Origin: Clostridiales bacterium UBA7573
GTDB lineage: Bacteria; Bacillota; Clostridia; Oscillospirales; CAG-272
Length of the DNA stretch: 35,362 nucleotides
NCBI GenBank assembly: GCA_002477905.1
Contig: DLLB01000064.1
Span: 18,683-54,044, forward strand
Direction of reading: 5' to 3'
The position numbers were made by a program, and so were the translations under genes. The notes beneath the pieces were generated by a model, which was not told where the DNA came from, ran no database searches, and saw nothing but the letters and a program-made list of their open reading frames with translations. Below are positions 27,971 through 35,362 of the stretch, in pieces (position 1 is the stretch's first letter; each line of letters opens with the position of its first letter).

Positions 27971-28801
27971 ATGAAAATCAAATACAACCATGCAAGACCT
28001 TTCCCTAAGCTCTTCATCAATCTTTTGTTGCTGGCGGTTTTGGGCATTCTGGTATATCTTATCTGTGTACAGAAACCCACCGCACTTCTCATGGAATGGT
28101 ATGAGATTTTCGGGAAGTTTCTGTGCGACTATGACGATATTCTGATTGCGGTGATCTTAGGCGCGAATTTCTTGGAGCTTTTGGATTTCTGCATCTATTC
28201 CAAACGGGATGAAGTCATAAATGCCAATTATGAATATATGCAGGATCACATCGGACTACTTACTTTTTTTAAACAGTATTTTGCCCCGCTGTTCGCAAAA
28301 GGACCGTATCTTTTCGCAACAGAGGAAAAGGGATCGGCATTTTTGCGGAAAGCAGGGAATCTGATTACCGGATTGGTGAAAATGATCTATTGGCTTGCGA
28401 TGGCATTGGTGCTGATTGCAATAGCGATTCATCTGGATTTCCGGAACTTTGTAATTTCGGGGAACCATGATTACATTTTTACGGTTTTGGTGCTTTTGGC
28501 GTGTGTGAACTGCAATATTTTTGTTTACGTGCTTTATAAAATCACCCCGCTGTATTCTGCGCGCACTTACACGTTGGTTACCTATTACAGCGATGGTTCC
28601 AGAACGCAAACGCCGAAATCGCAAAACAATCTGGTCGCGATGCTGCTGTTGTCTGCATTCATTTATCTGTATTTCACCGTGTTTTACCTTTTTGCATTCG
28701 GAACGAAGTTAAAGCGTATGGTGGAAACAAACAGATTGCTGAAGTTTTTGAACCGATGCGGCGAACCGGAAAGTATGCTTGCTTTTTACCGCTATAAATA
28801 A
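27971..28801 (+). CDS. Hypothetical polytopic membrane protein (~5 TM), no recognisable family
   Basis: 276-aa ORF with GGAG RBS and hydrophobic helices (LFINLLLLAVLGILVYLICV, MIYWLAMALVLIAIAIHL, LVAMLLLSAFIYLYFTVFYLFAFG and others). A+T-rich. Confidence 0.6.
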   Translation: MKIKYNHARPFPKLFINLLLLAVLGILVYLICVQKPTALLMEWYEIFGKFLCDYDDILIAVILGANFLELLDFCIYSKRDEVINANYEYMQDHIGLLTFFKQYFAPLFAKGPYLFATEEKGSAFLRKAGNLITGLVKMIYWLAMALVLIAIAIHLDFRNFVISGNHDYIFTVLVLLACVNCNIFVYVLYKITPLYSARTYTLVTYYSDGSRTQTPKSQNNLVAMLLLSAFIYLYFTVFYLFAFGTKLKRMVETNRLLKFLNRCGEPESMLAFYRYK

Positions 28802-28838
28802 ACTATAGAGAACAGGAAGAATCAAAGGAGAATTTTTC

Positions 28839-30599
28839 ATGGATCCGATTTATGCAACCAAAGGAAATTTGACTGCTGTCGATCATTTGCATCGTAAATT
28901 ACCCGATTATACAGAAGTGCCTGCTCCGCGGCAGGGGAAGATCGTAGGATTGTTCTACTATTTGTGGCACGGTTATCATGGAACACAAGGTCCGTATGAT
29001 ATTACCAAGATTTTAGAGCAGGATCCGGATGCGATGCAGAACGCGGACAGTCCGGCATGGCCGCCCAAGGAGCACACCCCGCTTTTACATTGGGGAGAAC
29101 CGATGTTTGGTTATTATCTGTCTACGGATCCATGGGTGCTCAGACGTCATGTGGAATTGTTTATCAACGCAGGCGTAGACGTATTGTTTTTTGACGTCAC
29201 AAACGGGTTTACTTACCGGAAATCTTATTTAACGCTGTTTGAAATCTTGCGGGAATATCGCGCAAAAGGATTTGCTGCGCCGAAAGTGTGTTTTTATACC
29301 GCACCGGCAATTCGTGGGTGCGGAACCGGCAATCTGATGGAGCTTTGGGAAACGCTTTATGAGCCGATGCTGTATTCCGATCTCTATTTTTATTGGCAAG
29401 GGAAGCCATTGATTATTTGTCATTCCATTCGCTCTTTGCCGGATTCGATTCGGGACTTTTTCACTTGGCGCGCGCCAACTTGGTGTGCGCCGGCAGAGCC
29501 GAATACATGGGCATGGGAAGGCAATCCGCAGAAAGTGGCGGTAGATGAAAACGGTGTACCGGAAGAAATTGCGGTGAACGTGTGTCGGGTGGATTGTGAT
29601 CCGAAATACGATAAGCAGGGACTGACGGTTGGAATGGGTTCTGCGGCTTATGGTGTTCCGGTGATGGGGCGCTCTTGGCACGATGGACACAAAGATACCC
29701 GTGAAAATGCGTCGCAGTATGGCTTTTTATTTGAAGAACAGATTCAGACGGCACTTCGGGAAGATCCTCCGGTTGCATTTCTTTGCCAGTGGAATGAGTG
29801 GCTGGTGCCGTTTCTCACGAAGCAAACCAATACGCTTTATTCTATGGGCGATCATCCGATCCACCTGCAGGATGAATTCAATGAGGAATATAGCCGTGAC
29901 ATAGAACCGATGAAAGGTGGCTACAAAGACGCTTATTATTTACAAATGGTATCCTTTATTCGTCGGTTTAAAGGATTGGAAGCACCGGCATTGGCAACCC
30001 GGATGTATGCGATTGATCCAAACGGCGATTTTGAGCAATGGGCGGAAGTGCAGCCGACTTATTTGGAGATGACAGGGGATATTGCACCGCGGAGCTTCCG
30101 GGGTTACGATGGAGTAGGGCGTTATGAAAATCATACCGGACGGAATGAGTTTCAAACGCTGAAAGTTGCAGTCGATCGGGAAAAAGTGTATTTTTATGTT
30201 GCGTGTACGGCTCCCATCACCGCACCTTCTAAGGAAAATTGGATGAGTTTGTATTTGAAATGCTCCGAGGAGGCGAAGCCAAACTGGGAAGGGTATCAAT
30301 TCGCGATCAATCGAATTGCGCCGGACGGACAAAGCGCGTTGGTAGAACGTGCAAATCGGGACGGGGAATATAGTTGGGAGACAATTGGCCATGCACAAAT
30401 CCGCGTGGAAGGCCATGAAATGATGCTTGCGGTGGAACGTCGCTTGCTTGGACTGTGCGGCGACTCGGTTACGTTGGAATTCAAATGGTCAGATCATATG
30501 CAGGCACTGGATGTCATGGACTTTTATCAAAACGGGGATGCTGCCCCGCGCGGACGCATGAATTATCTGTTTAAGACAAGCGATGCGTTGCAATGCTGA
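28839..30599 (+). CDS. Hypothetical cytoplasmic protein, possibly a glycoside-hydrolase-like TIM barrel with a C-terminal beta-sandwich
   Basis: 586 aa, AAAGGAG RBS, no signal peptide. Motifs GLFYYLWHG, HWGEPMFGYYLSTDPWVLRRH and AGVDVLFFDVTNG recall uncharacterised GH-like families. The functional call is weak. Confidence 0.5.
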   Translation: MDPIYATKGNLTAVDHLHRKLPDYTEVPAPRQGKIVGLFYYLWHGYHGTQGPYDITKILEQDPDAMQNADSPAWPPKEHTPLLHWGEPMFGYYLSTDPWVLRRHVELFINAGVDVLFFDVTNGFTYRKSYLTLFEILREYRAKGFAAPKVCFYTAPAIRGCGTGNLMELWETLYEPMLYSDLYFYWQGKPLIICHSIRSLPDSIRDFFTWRAPTWCAPAEPNTWAWEGNPQKVAVDENGVPEEIAVNVCRVDCDPKYDKQGLTVGMGSAAYGVPVMGRSWHDGHKDTRENASQYGFLFEEQIQTALREDPPVAFLCQWNEWLVPFLTKQTNTLYSMGDHPIHLQDEFNEEYSRDIEPMKGGYKDAYYLQMVSFIRRFKGLEAPALATRMYAIDPNGDFEQWAEVQPTYLEMTGDIAPRSFRGYDGVGRYENHTGRNEFQTLKVAVDREKVYFYVACTAPITAPSKENWMSLYLKCSEEAKPNWEGYQFAINRIAPDGQSALVERANRDGEYSWETIGHAQIRVEGHEMMLAVERRLLGLCGDSVTLEFKWSDHMQALDVMDFYQNGDAAPRGRMNYLFKTSDALQC

Positions 30600-30630
30600 T
30601 CGATACTCTGAACGTACAAAATGGCAGATA

Positions 30631-30662
30631 AAAAACGAGACTCTTACAAGAGTCTCGTTTTT
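30631..30662. terminator. Bidirectional terminator between the convergent glycosidase-like gene and the small-peptide ORF
   Basis: AAAAA, then CGAGACTC TTACAA GAGTCTCG, then TTTTTGTTTTG. Confidence 0.8.
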
Positions 30663-30669
30663 GTTTTGT

Positions 30670-30882
30670 TTACGGATTCCACTTATCCGGATATTTGGTG
30701 TCGTTGTCGTTTGCATAGTCGCCGGTGTCAAGACCGGTAACAATGCTCGGTGCGGGATCGGCAGGATCCCCGCCGCCGGTGGTAGTGAGGTCGCCGACGC
30801 CGCTTGTGTTCAAAGTGACATCCTCCGCGTCAGAAAAGCGGAACACCGTCAACTCCGGGGTGATATAAAGTTTCTGTTTCAT
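30670..30882 (-). CDS. Hypothetical 70-aa acidic Cys-free peptide (MKQKLYITPELTVFRFSDAEDVTLNTSGVGDLTTTGGGDPADPAPSIVTGLDTGDYANDNDTKYPDKWNP)
   Basis: The ATG lies 10 nt after the stop of the 1407-aa gene (C TAA GGAGG AAACT ATG, with the RBS overlapping the stop). A terminator follows immediately. Motifs are shared with the 48-aa ORF at 13436. Confidence 0.55.
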   Translation of the reverse strand: MKQKLYITPELTVFRFSDAEDVTLNTSGVGDLTTTGGGDPADPAPSIVTGLDTGDYANDNDTKYPDKWNP

Positions 30883-30892
30883 AGTTTCCTCC

Positions 30893-33800
30893 TTAGTTCC
30901 ACAGTTCGTAGTATGCACTGGAGATCCACGGGTGTACTCCTTCGTGCGCGGTTTCCGGAATCACATCATATCTCCATGTGGTGGTCATGCCTTCAATGCT
31001 GACCACACCGCCGTCCGTGACAGTGATGGTGCAGCTCAGCGGATCTTCAAAGAACCAGGTATTCGTTGCCTGAGAGAGCGAATTCAGATTTCTGTCGGAA
31101 GTACCGATAAACTTTCCGTTGGAATCATAATTTTCAAATGCAAAGGTCTGACCTGCTGTGTAGTGCTGTCCGGTGACCACTGCCCACCAACCGTTGAACA
31201 CGGTGTTGCAGTCCATGTAAACCACATCGTCATACAAGCCGATTCGATCCGTATGGTTATGTCCGTTGATGGAGAGCAGAACCGTTCCCTTTTGAATGGC
31301 GTTGACCTTTTTATAGATCTCGCGTACTGCTGCCGCATCCGCGGAAGGTCCGTCGCCGACCAGTTTCCCGGAGAAATCTGCATGGCTGACCACAATGCAC
31401 TTGGTGCCGGCATTTGCGGCTTCTGTCAACACGCTTTCCAACCATGCAAGCTGTGTCGGACCAAGCGCGTTGATGTTGGTTGCGCCGCTTGGCGGTCCGT
31501 AGCTGTTGGTGGTGTTGTGTACCCATTCGCCGTTATACAGCGAATAGTTGGTATCGGTGCAGACGATCCGGATGCCGTTGACTTCATAGTAGTAATAAGC
31601 GATGGTGCCGTCGCCGATCTTGCCGTCAGCAGTGCCCCAAACCACATCGTCCGCGCGGTTGGTCATCATCGGCGTAACTCTACCCATGCTGTTGCCGGAG
31701 GCTTCCAGCTCATGGTTGCCGTAGATTCCGTATGCCGGCAGATTGTACTTGTTTTTCAAGTATGCGTCCGTCAGTTCTTTGGAACCGATAAAGTCGTTGC
31801 AGAAGTCGCCGGCGTGCAGGATAAAGTCCACGCCTGCGGCATTCGCACGATCCAGAATCGTATTCATGTCAGAGACGTTTGCTACATACATACCCTTTTT
31901 ATAATGCAAATCGGAGAACAGGGTGAAGGTCACGGATTTCGTGTTTTTACCGGTGTATCCTTCTGCACCATGGAAGATCACATCCAGTGCCTGTTGCACA
32001 TTTTTCGCCTGCTTTTTATAGCAAGTGTTCGCGACTTGCACAGGGGTGCGTTGAATCGGATCGGAATACAAGTAGCTCACTCCTTTTTCAGTGGTCAATT
32101 CCACATACGCCCGTGCGGTGTACGAACGGGACAGCGCAGCGGTCGGAATTTCCCGCAATGTCACAATGTAGGAAAGAGAACCGTCCGTCTGCTCTTTGAT
32201 TTTGGTCGCGACCACGTTCAATGCGTCTGCGGTTTCGGTGGTCAGCTCCGCGTCGCTTCCCAACCGGTCGGTCGGGATGAGCAACATACCAAATTTCAGT
32301 TTTGCGTCTTTGGAATAAACATATTCCCCTGCGCCATGATAGAATGCATACAGCATAGAGGTCTTATCAAAGGAAGCACCGAAACGAATGCCGGAGGATT
32401 TCCAGCCGTTTGCAACGCCGTTGTCATCCGCATAGCGCAACTGTGCGCCGAGCATGGAAAGGGCGCCTTTCCCTAAGATCGCAGGATCGGTTTCAAATTC
32501 CATTTTGTAAATGTTGACGGAGGAGATCGCCACTTCACCGGAGCAAAGGAATAAGCCGATCCGTCCGTCCGTTTCGCCGTAGTCCGCCATTTTGCCAAGA
32601 CAGATTCCGTTGACGAAATAGTAAGCATAGTCTTTGCCGTCCGTAATATCTTTGCAGTGATAGATCGTCATGGTAAAGTAAGCGTCTTCTGCCAGCGTGA
32701 TCGGATCGGTATCCACGGAATTCCCACCCGGCGTTTGAGAACGCATATAAGTGGAGCCGTTTCTGCTGATGCAGAACTGCTGTGCATAGCCGGTATCCGT
32801 GCCCATGGTCTTATCATGGAAATCTGTCATGATGCCGAAGGTGCCGTTGGTGGAAAGGAAGCGCAAAGTCACGCTGATGGCATAGCTGTCCGTTTTGACG
32901 TCCGGAAGCATGGTGTAGGAATCCAAGCCGCCGACTTTGTACCGGAATTCGCCGTTTTCCATCTTTGCAAGATCATATTTGGTTTCGGCATTGCCGTAGT
33001 TCCAACCAAAGGTTACATTCGGCGCGCAATTCCATCCTTCCGGAATTCCGCCGTCTGCAAGAGCATTGAAGTTGCTGTCGTACAGAGAATCTGTAAGCAG
33101 ATAATTCGGTACTTGGCTGTTCGGGCGGATGCCTGCCAGCGCATGGATCTCTACATTTTCAAACGCCACGTTGCCGTTGCAGGAGTAGAGTCCGATCGTG
33201 CCGGGTTCGCTTCCCATATCGGCGGCAGCGGTGATGAAAATTTCATTGATGTAGAAATAAGAGGTGTCGTTATAGTGATATACCGTCATACGGAAAGTTT
33301 CACCGGAGGCAAACTGGAAGCCTTTGTCCGTGCCGTCCGGATTATCCGCGCCGTGACGGCGCGCACAAACCGTACCGTCTGCGCCGTACATCTTGTTTTC
33401 TACGGCGCCGCCTTTACTTAAATCGGTGACAAGACCGAATGCACCCTTGGTTTCTACCATGGAAACCTCGGCGGTAAAGACGTAGTTTTCCGTTGCCGGT
33501 TGCGGCAAGGTGATGTAGATGTCGCCGTTACCACTGGAGAAGCGGAACGCGCCGTCTTTGGTCGCAGCCGCATACAGCTTTTCATTGCCGCTCTTCCAAC
33601 GGAAGTTGTCATACTTCTTATAGTCCTTATCCCAACCGCTCGGAAGCACGTTATCCGCAGTTTCGGAGAAGCTGATGCCGTACAGCATTTTTCCAAGCGA
33701 AACTTCCTCGCGGACGTTGGTGAATTTCGGGGTGTACGTCGTGTCGATCTCCTCCAAGGCTTTTACGGTAATGTCCGTGACCAGCGCATCGCCGCCGCAG

Positions 33801-35116
33801 TTATACAGACCGATCTTGCCGGTGGTTGCTTCCTTGTCAGCGAGAGAGGCAACATAAACGCCGTCAATGAAAAAGTGGGATTCTCCGTTCAGATGATAAG
33901 CCGTCATTGTGACCGTGGTACCGACTTCGATCGCCTTGCGGATGCCCTTGTAATATTTTGCGCTACCGGCACCGGCATACTGTATCCCCATTTCATCCGG
34001 ATCATTTGGATATATGAAGAATGTTTTGCCGCTTCCGCTTTGGCATTCGACCGCAAGACCGAAGGAGCCCTTCAGTCCCTTCGCGGTGAATTTTGCAGAA
34101 TATACATAGTTTTCCGCACGCAGCGCAGGGAACAGGATGATGTCGGCTTTGCCGGAAGTCTTGTAGTGAATGCCGCCGTCTTCTGCCGTGATGGTCTGGG
34201 AACCGGCTTTGGCATTCCACAAATAAGTGCATTCGTTATTGGAGGTGTCCCAATCGGCAGGAACGTTCTCGGAAAGAGTGGGTGCGTAGAGAATTTCGCC
34301 GGCAATCAGGTTTTTGTCTTCTGCAAGCGATTCTAAGTATTGCGATTCAGTCGTTTCCCCGGAGGTAAACGTGAAAGGCGGTTTGGGCGTCGGCGTATCG
34401 CCGTCTTGCAAGGCTTTCACGGAGATGTCCGTGACCAGCGCGTCGCCGCCGCAGTTGTACAGACCGAGTTTGCCGGGTGTCAGCTCTGAGTCGGCAAGGG
34501 TGGCAACATAGACGCCATCGACAAAGAAGTGCGATTCACCGTTCAGATGATAAGTCGTCAGCGTGACCGTGGTATCCAGTTCGATCGCCGGACGGATGCC
34601 CTGGTAATACTTCGCACCGCCTACGCCGTGATGCTGAAGTCCCATTTCATCCGGATCGGTCGGGTACACATAAAATAACTTGATACTGGTGCCGCTCTGA
34701 CATTCTGCCACAAGACCGAAGGAACCTTTCAGCCCTTTCGCGGTAAATTTTGCAGAGTATACATAATTCTCTGCGCCGATCGCCGGAAACAGGATGGTGT
34801 CGGCTTTGCCGGAAGTCTTGTAGCGAATGCCGCCGTCTTCCGCCGTGATGGACTGAGAGCCGGCTTTGGCATTCCATAACTTAGAGTATTCGTCGTTGGA
34901 CGAGTCCCAATTCGCGGGGATGCCCTTAGACAGGTCGGGCGCATAGAGGGTGCCGCCTACGGTAATGTCATCTTCCGCAAGCGATTCCAGATATTGCGCT
35001 TCTGTGGTTTCGCCGGAGGTCAACGTGAGAGCCAGTGTGCCAAAGGGCAACAGGAGTCCTACCGTGACCAGTGCCAGCAGAAATGCGAGGATGCGAGTTT
35101 GGTGCAAGCGTTTCAT
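30893..35116 (-). CDS. Large secreted multidomain protein: signal peptide, four LamG/concanavalin-like modules, a beta-sandwich-like spacer and a C-terminal calcineurin-like metallophosphoesterase
   Basis: 1407 aa from the ATG at 35116 (AAGGAGGAAACCC RBS). Signal peptide MKRLHQTRILAFLLALVTVGLLLPFGTLA. Four modules of ~205-218 aa share ENYV(Y/F), G(S/A/T)FG(L/I) and G(K/T/R)(L/I)GL(Y/F)xCxG. The phosphoesterase motifs are SDLHY, AGDF, GNHE, VSHAD and GHNHTD. I see no LPXTG, SLH or dockerin. Confidence 0.88.
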   Translation of the reverse strand: MKRLHQTRILAFLLALVTVGLLLPFGTLALTLTSGETTEAQYLESLAEDDITVGGTLYAPDLSKGIPANWDSSNDEYSKLWNAKAGSQSITAEDGGIRYKTSGKADTILFPAIGAENYVYSAKFTAKGLKGSFGLVAECQSGTSIKLFYVYPTDPDEMGLQHHGVGGAKYYQGIRPAIELDTTVTLTTYHLNGESHFFVDGVYVATLADSELTPGKLGLYNCGGDALVTDISVKALQDGDTPTPKPPFTFTSGETTESQYLESLAEDKNLIAGEILYAPTLSENVPADWDTSNNECTYLWNAKAGSQTITAEDGGIHYKTSGKADIILFPALRAENYVYSAKFTAKGLKGSFGLAVECQSGSGKTFFIYPNDPDEMGIQYAGAGSAKYYKGIRKAIEVGTTVTMTAYHLNGESHFFIDGVYVASLADKEATTGKIGLYNCGGDALVTDITVKALEEIDTTYTPKFTNVREEVSLGKMLYGISFSETADNVLPSGWDKDYKKYDNFRWKSGNEKLYAAATKDGAFRFSSGNGDIYITLPQPATENYVFTAEVSMVETKGAFGLVTDLSKGGAVENKMYGADGTVCARRHGADNPDGTDKGFQFASGETFRMTVYHYNDTSYFYINEIFITAAADMGSEPGTIGLYSCNGNVAFENVEIHALAGIRPNSQVPNYLLTDSLYDSNFNALADGGIPEGWNCAPNVTFGWNYGNAETKYDLAKMENGEFRYKVGGLDSYTMLPDVKTDSYAISVTLRFLSTNGTFGIMTDFHDKTMGTDTGYAQQFCISRNGSTYMRSQTPGGNSVDTDPITLAEDAYFTMTIYHCKDITDGKDYAYYFVNGICLGKMADYGETDGRIGLFLCSGEVAISSVNIYKMEFETDPAILGKGALSMLGAQLRYADDNGVANGWKSSGIRFGASFDKTSMLYAFYHGAGEYVYSKDAKLKFGMLLIPTDRLGSDAELTTETADALNVVATKIKEQTDGSLSYIVTLREIPTAALSRSYTARAYVELTTEKGVSYLYSDPIQRTPVQVANTCYKKQAKNVQQALDVIFHGAEGYTGKNTKSVTFTLFSDLHYKKGMYVANVSDMNTILDRANAAGVDFILHAGDFCNDFIGSKELTDAYLKNKYNLPAYGIYGNHELEASGNSMGRVTPMMTNRADDVVWGTADGKIGDGTIAYYYYEVNGIRIVCTDTNYSLYNGEWVHNTTNSYGPPSGATNINALGPTQLAWLESVLTEAANAGTKCIVVSHADFSGKLVGDGPSADAAAVREIYKKVNAIQKGTVLLSINGHNHTDRIGLYDDVVYMDCNTVFNGWWAVVTGQHYTAGQTFAFENYDSNGKFIGTSDRNLNSLSQATNTWFFEDPLSCTITVTDGGVVSIEGMTTTWRYDVIPETAHEGVHPWISSAYYELWN
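33722..35020 (-). repeat. Intragenic tandem duplication: two ~650-bp units encoding LamG-like modules 1 and 2
   Basis: Unit 1 (34367-35020) and unit 2 (33722-34366) both open with TSGETTE(A/S)QYLESLAED. They are roughly 75% identical at protein level by hand alignment, and long near-identical DNA runs are visible (e.g. gtgaccagcgc.tcgccgccgcagtt.tacagaccga). Confidence 0.85.
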
Positions 35117-35136
35117 GGGTTTCCTCCTTTTTAGGG

Positions 35137-35171
35137 AACGATTTGGCAGGAGATCGAAATTCCAAATCGTT
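35137..35171 (-). promoter_or_regulatory. 10-bp perfect inverted repeat (RNA hairpin) just upstream of the RBS of the large gene
   Basis: AACGATTTGG, 15 nt, CCAAATCGTT. On the mRNA it ends about 12 nt before the AAGGAGG. Confidence 0.5.
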
Positions 35172-35324
35172 GTATTGAGATGCGTGGAGCTGTCGCAACC
35201 GCATCTTGGCATCCATTCTTACCGCATGAAATAAAACGAGAAATCCGAGGTATTTTTTAAAATTCGTTTCATGATTTGTAGAAAATGGATAAAAGATGTT
35301 TTGCGAAGTACGCTATCTGTTGTT

Positions 35325-35353
35325 ATTATAGCGAAGCCCATTTGGAATTGCAA
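35325..35353 (-). promoter_or_regulatory. Sigma-A promoter for the large secreted-protein operon
   Basis: On the minus strand: TTGCAA, 17-nt spacer, TATAAT. This implies a ~200-nt 5-prime UTR. Confidence 0.6.
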
Positions 35354-35362
35354 TAGCTGAAA

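Noticed and set aside
30932-34336. Three very long plus-strand ORFs (514, 254 and 278 aa) antisense to the large minus-strand gene
   Set aside because: All three are in the same codon register as the sense gene (coordinates congruent mod 3). Stops in them can only arise from sense TTA/CTA/TCA codons, which this gene largely avoids. They have no RBS and low-complexity Arg/Val/Gly-rich products. The same in-register explanation fits 878-1906, 2708-3385, 6033-6827, 12116-13087, 15176-15991, 17771-18628, 20742-21443 and 21492-22700.
33722-35020. The ~650-bp direct repeat as an IS, CRISPR-like or intergenic repeat element
   Set aside because: Both copies are in frame within one continuous ORF and encode homologous protein modules. 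There are no short spacer-repeat periodicity and no terminal inverted repeats.
27235-35362. Integrated mobile element or prophage remnant at tRNA-Leu
   Set aside because: I found no integrase, recombinase or transposase ORF in any frame, and no direct repeat of the tRNA 3-prime end in the window. Only the compositional dip at 27300-28801 is kept as a finding.

Overview
This is a chromosomal segment from a Gram-positive anaerobe. It looks Clostridia-like: an ispH-rpsA fusion, a rapZ-whiA pair, a SpoIVFB-like M50 protease, AGGAGG-type RBSs and sigma-A promoters with exact 17-nt spacers. The taxon call is inference only.

Positions 1-27 kb are mostly core housekeeping genes:
- rapZ-whiA-dnaE, then a class A PBP and a small Cys-rich membrane protein.
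- A tightly coupled operon: HI0933/BaiN-like flavoprotein, cmk, plsC and the ispH/S1 fusion.
- A stand-alone 48-aa peptide gene followed by an FkbM-family methyltransferase.
- lysC on the minus strand and a small M50 site-2-protease-like protein.
- potA-potB-potCD behind a long leader.
- A six-hairpin glycosidase, an O-antigen-ligase-family membrane protein and an ABC-F ATPase on the minus strand.

A tRNA-Leu(UAG) at 27150-27234 is followed by accessory-looking DNA. This holds an A+T-rich GNAT gene and an unknown 5-TM protein, then a cytoplasmic glycosidase-like protein. On the minus strand there is a ~1400-aa secreted protein with four LamG-like modules and a C-terminal metallophosphoesterase. 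A 70-aa acidic peptide ORF is translationally coupled directly behind it.

The most interesting observation is that the 48-aa and 70-aa peptides, about 17 kb apart, share N- and C-terminal motifs. Both have very strong expression signals and sit beside enzymes, which suggests an uncharacterised small-peptide family, possibly a modified, RiPP-like peptide or an enzyme partner.

I found no CRISPR array, IS element, integrase, rRNA or recognisable defence system. All functional calls rest on motif recognition by eye, and no database search was possible.
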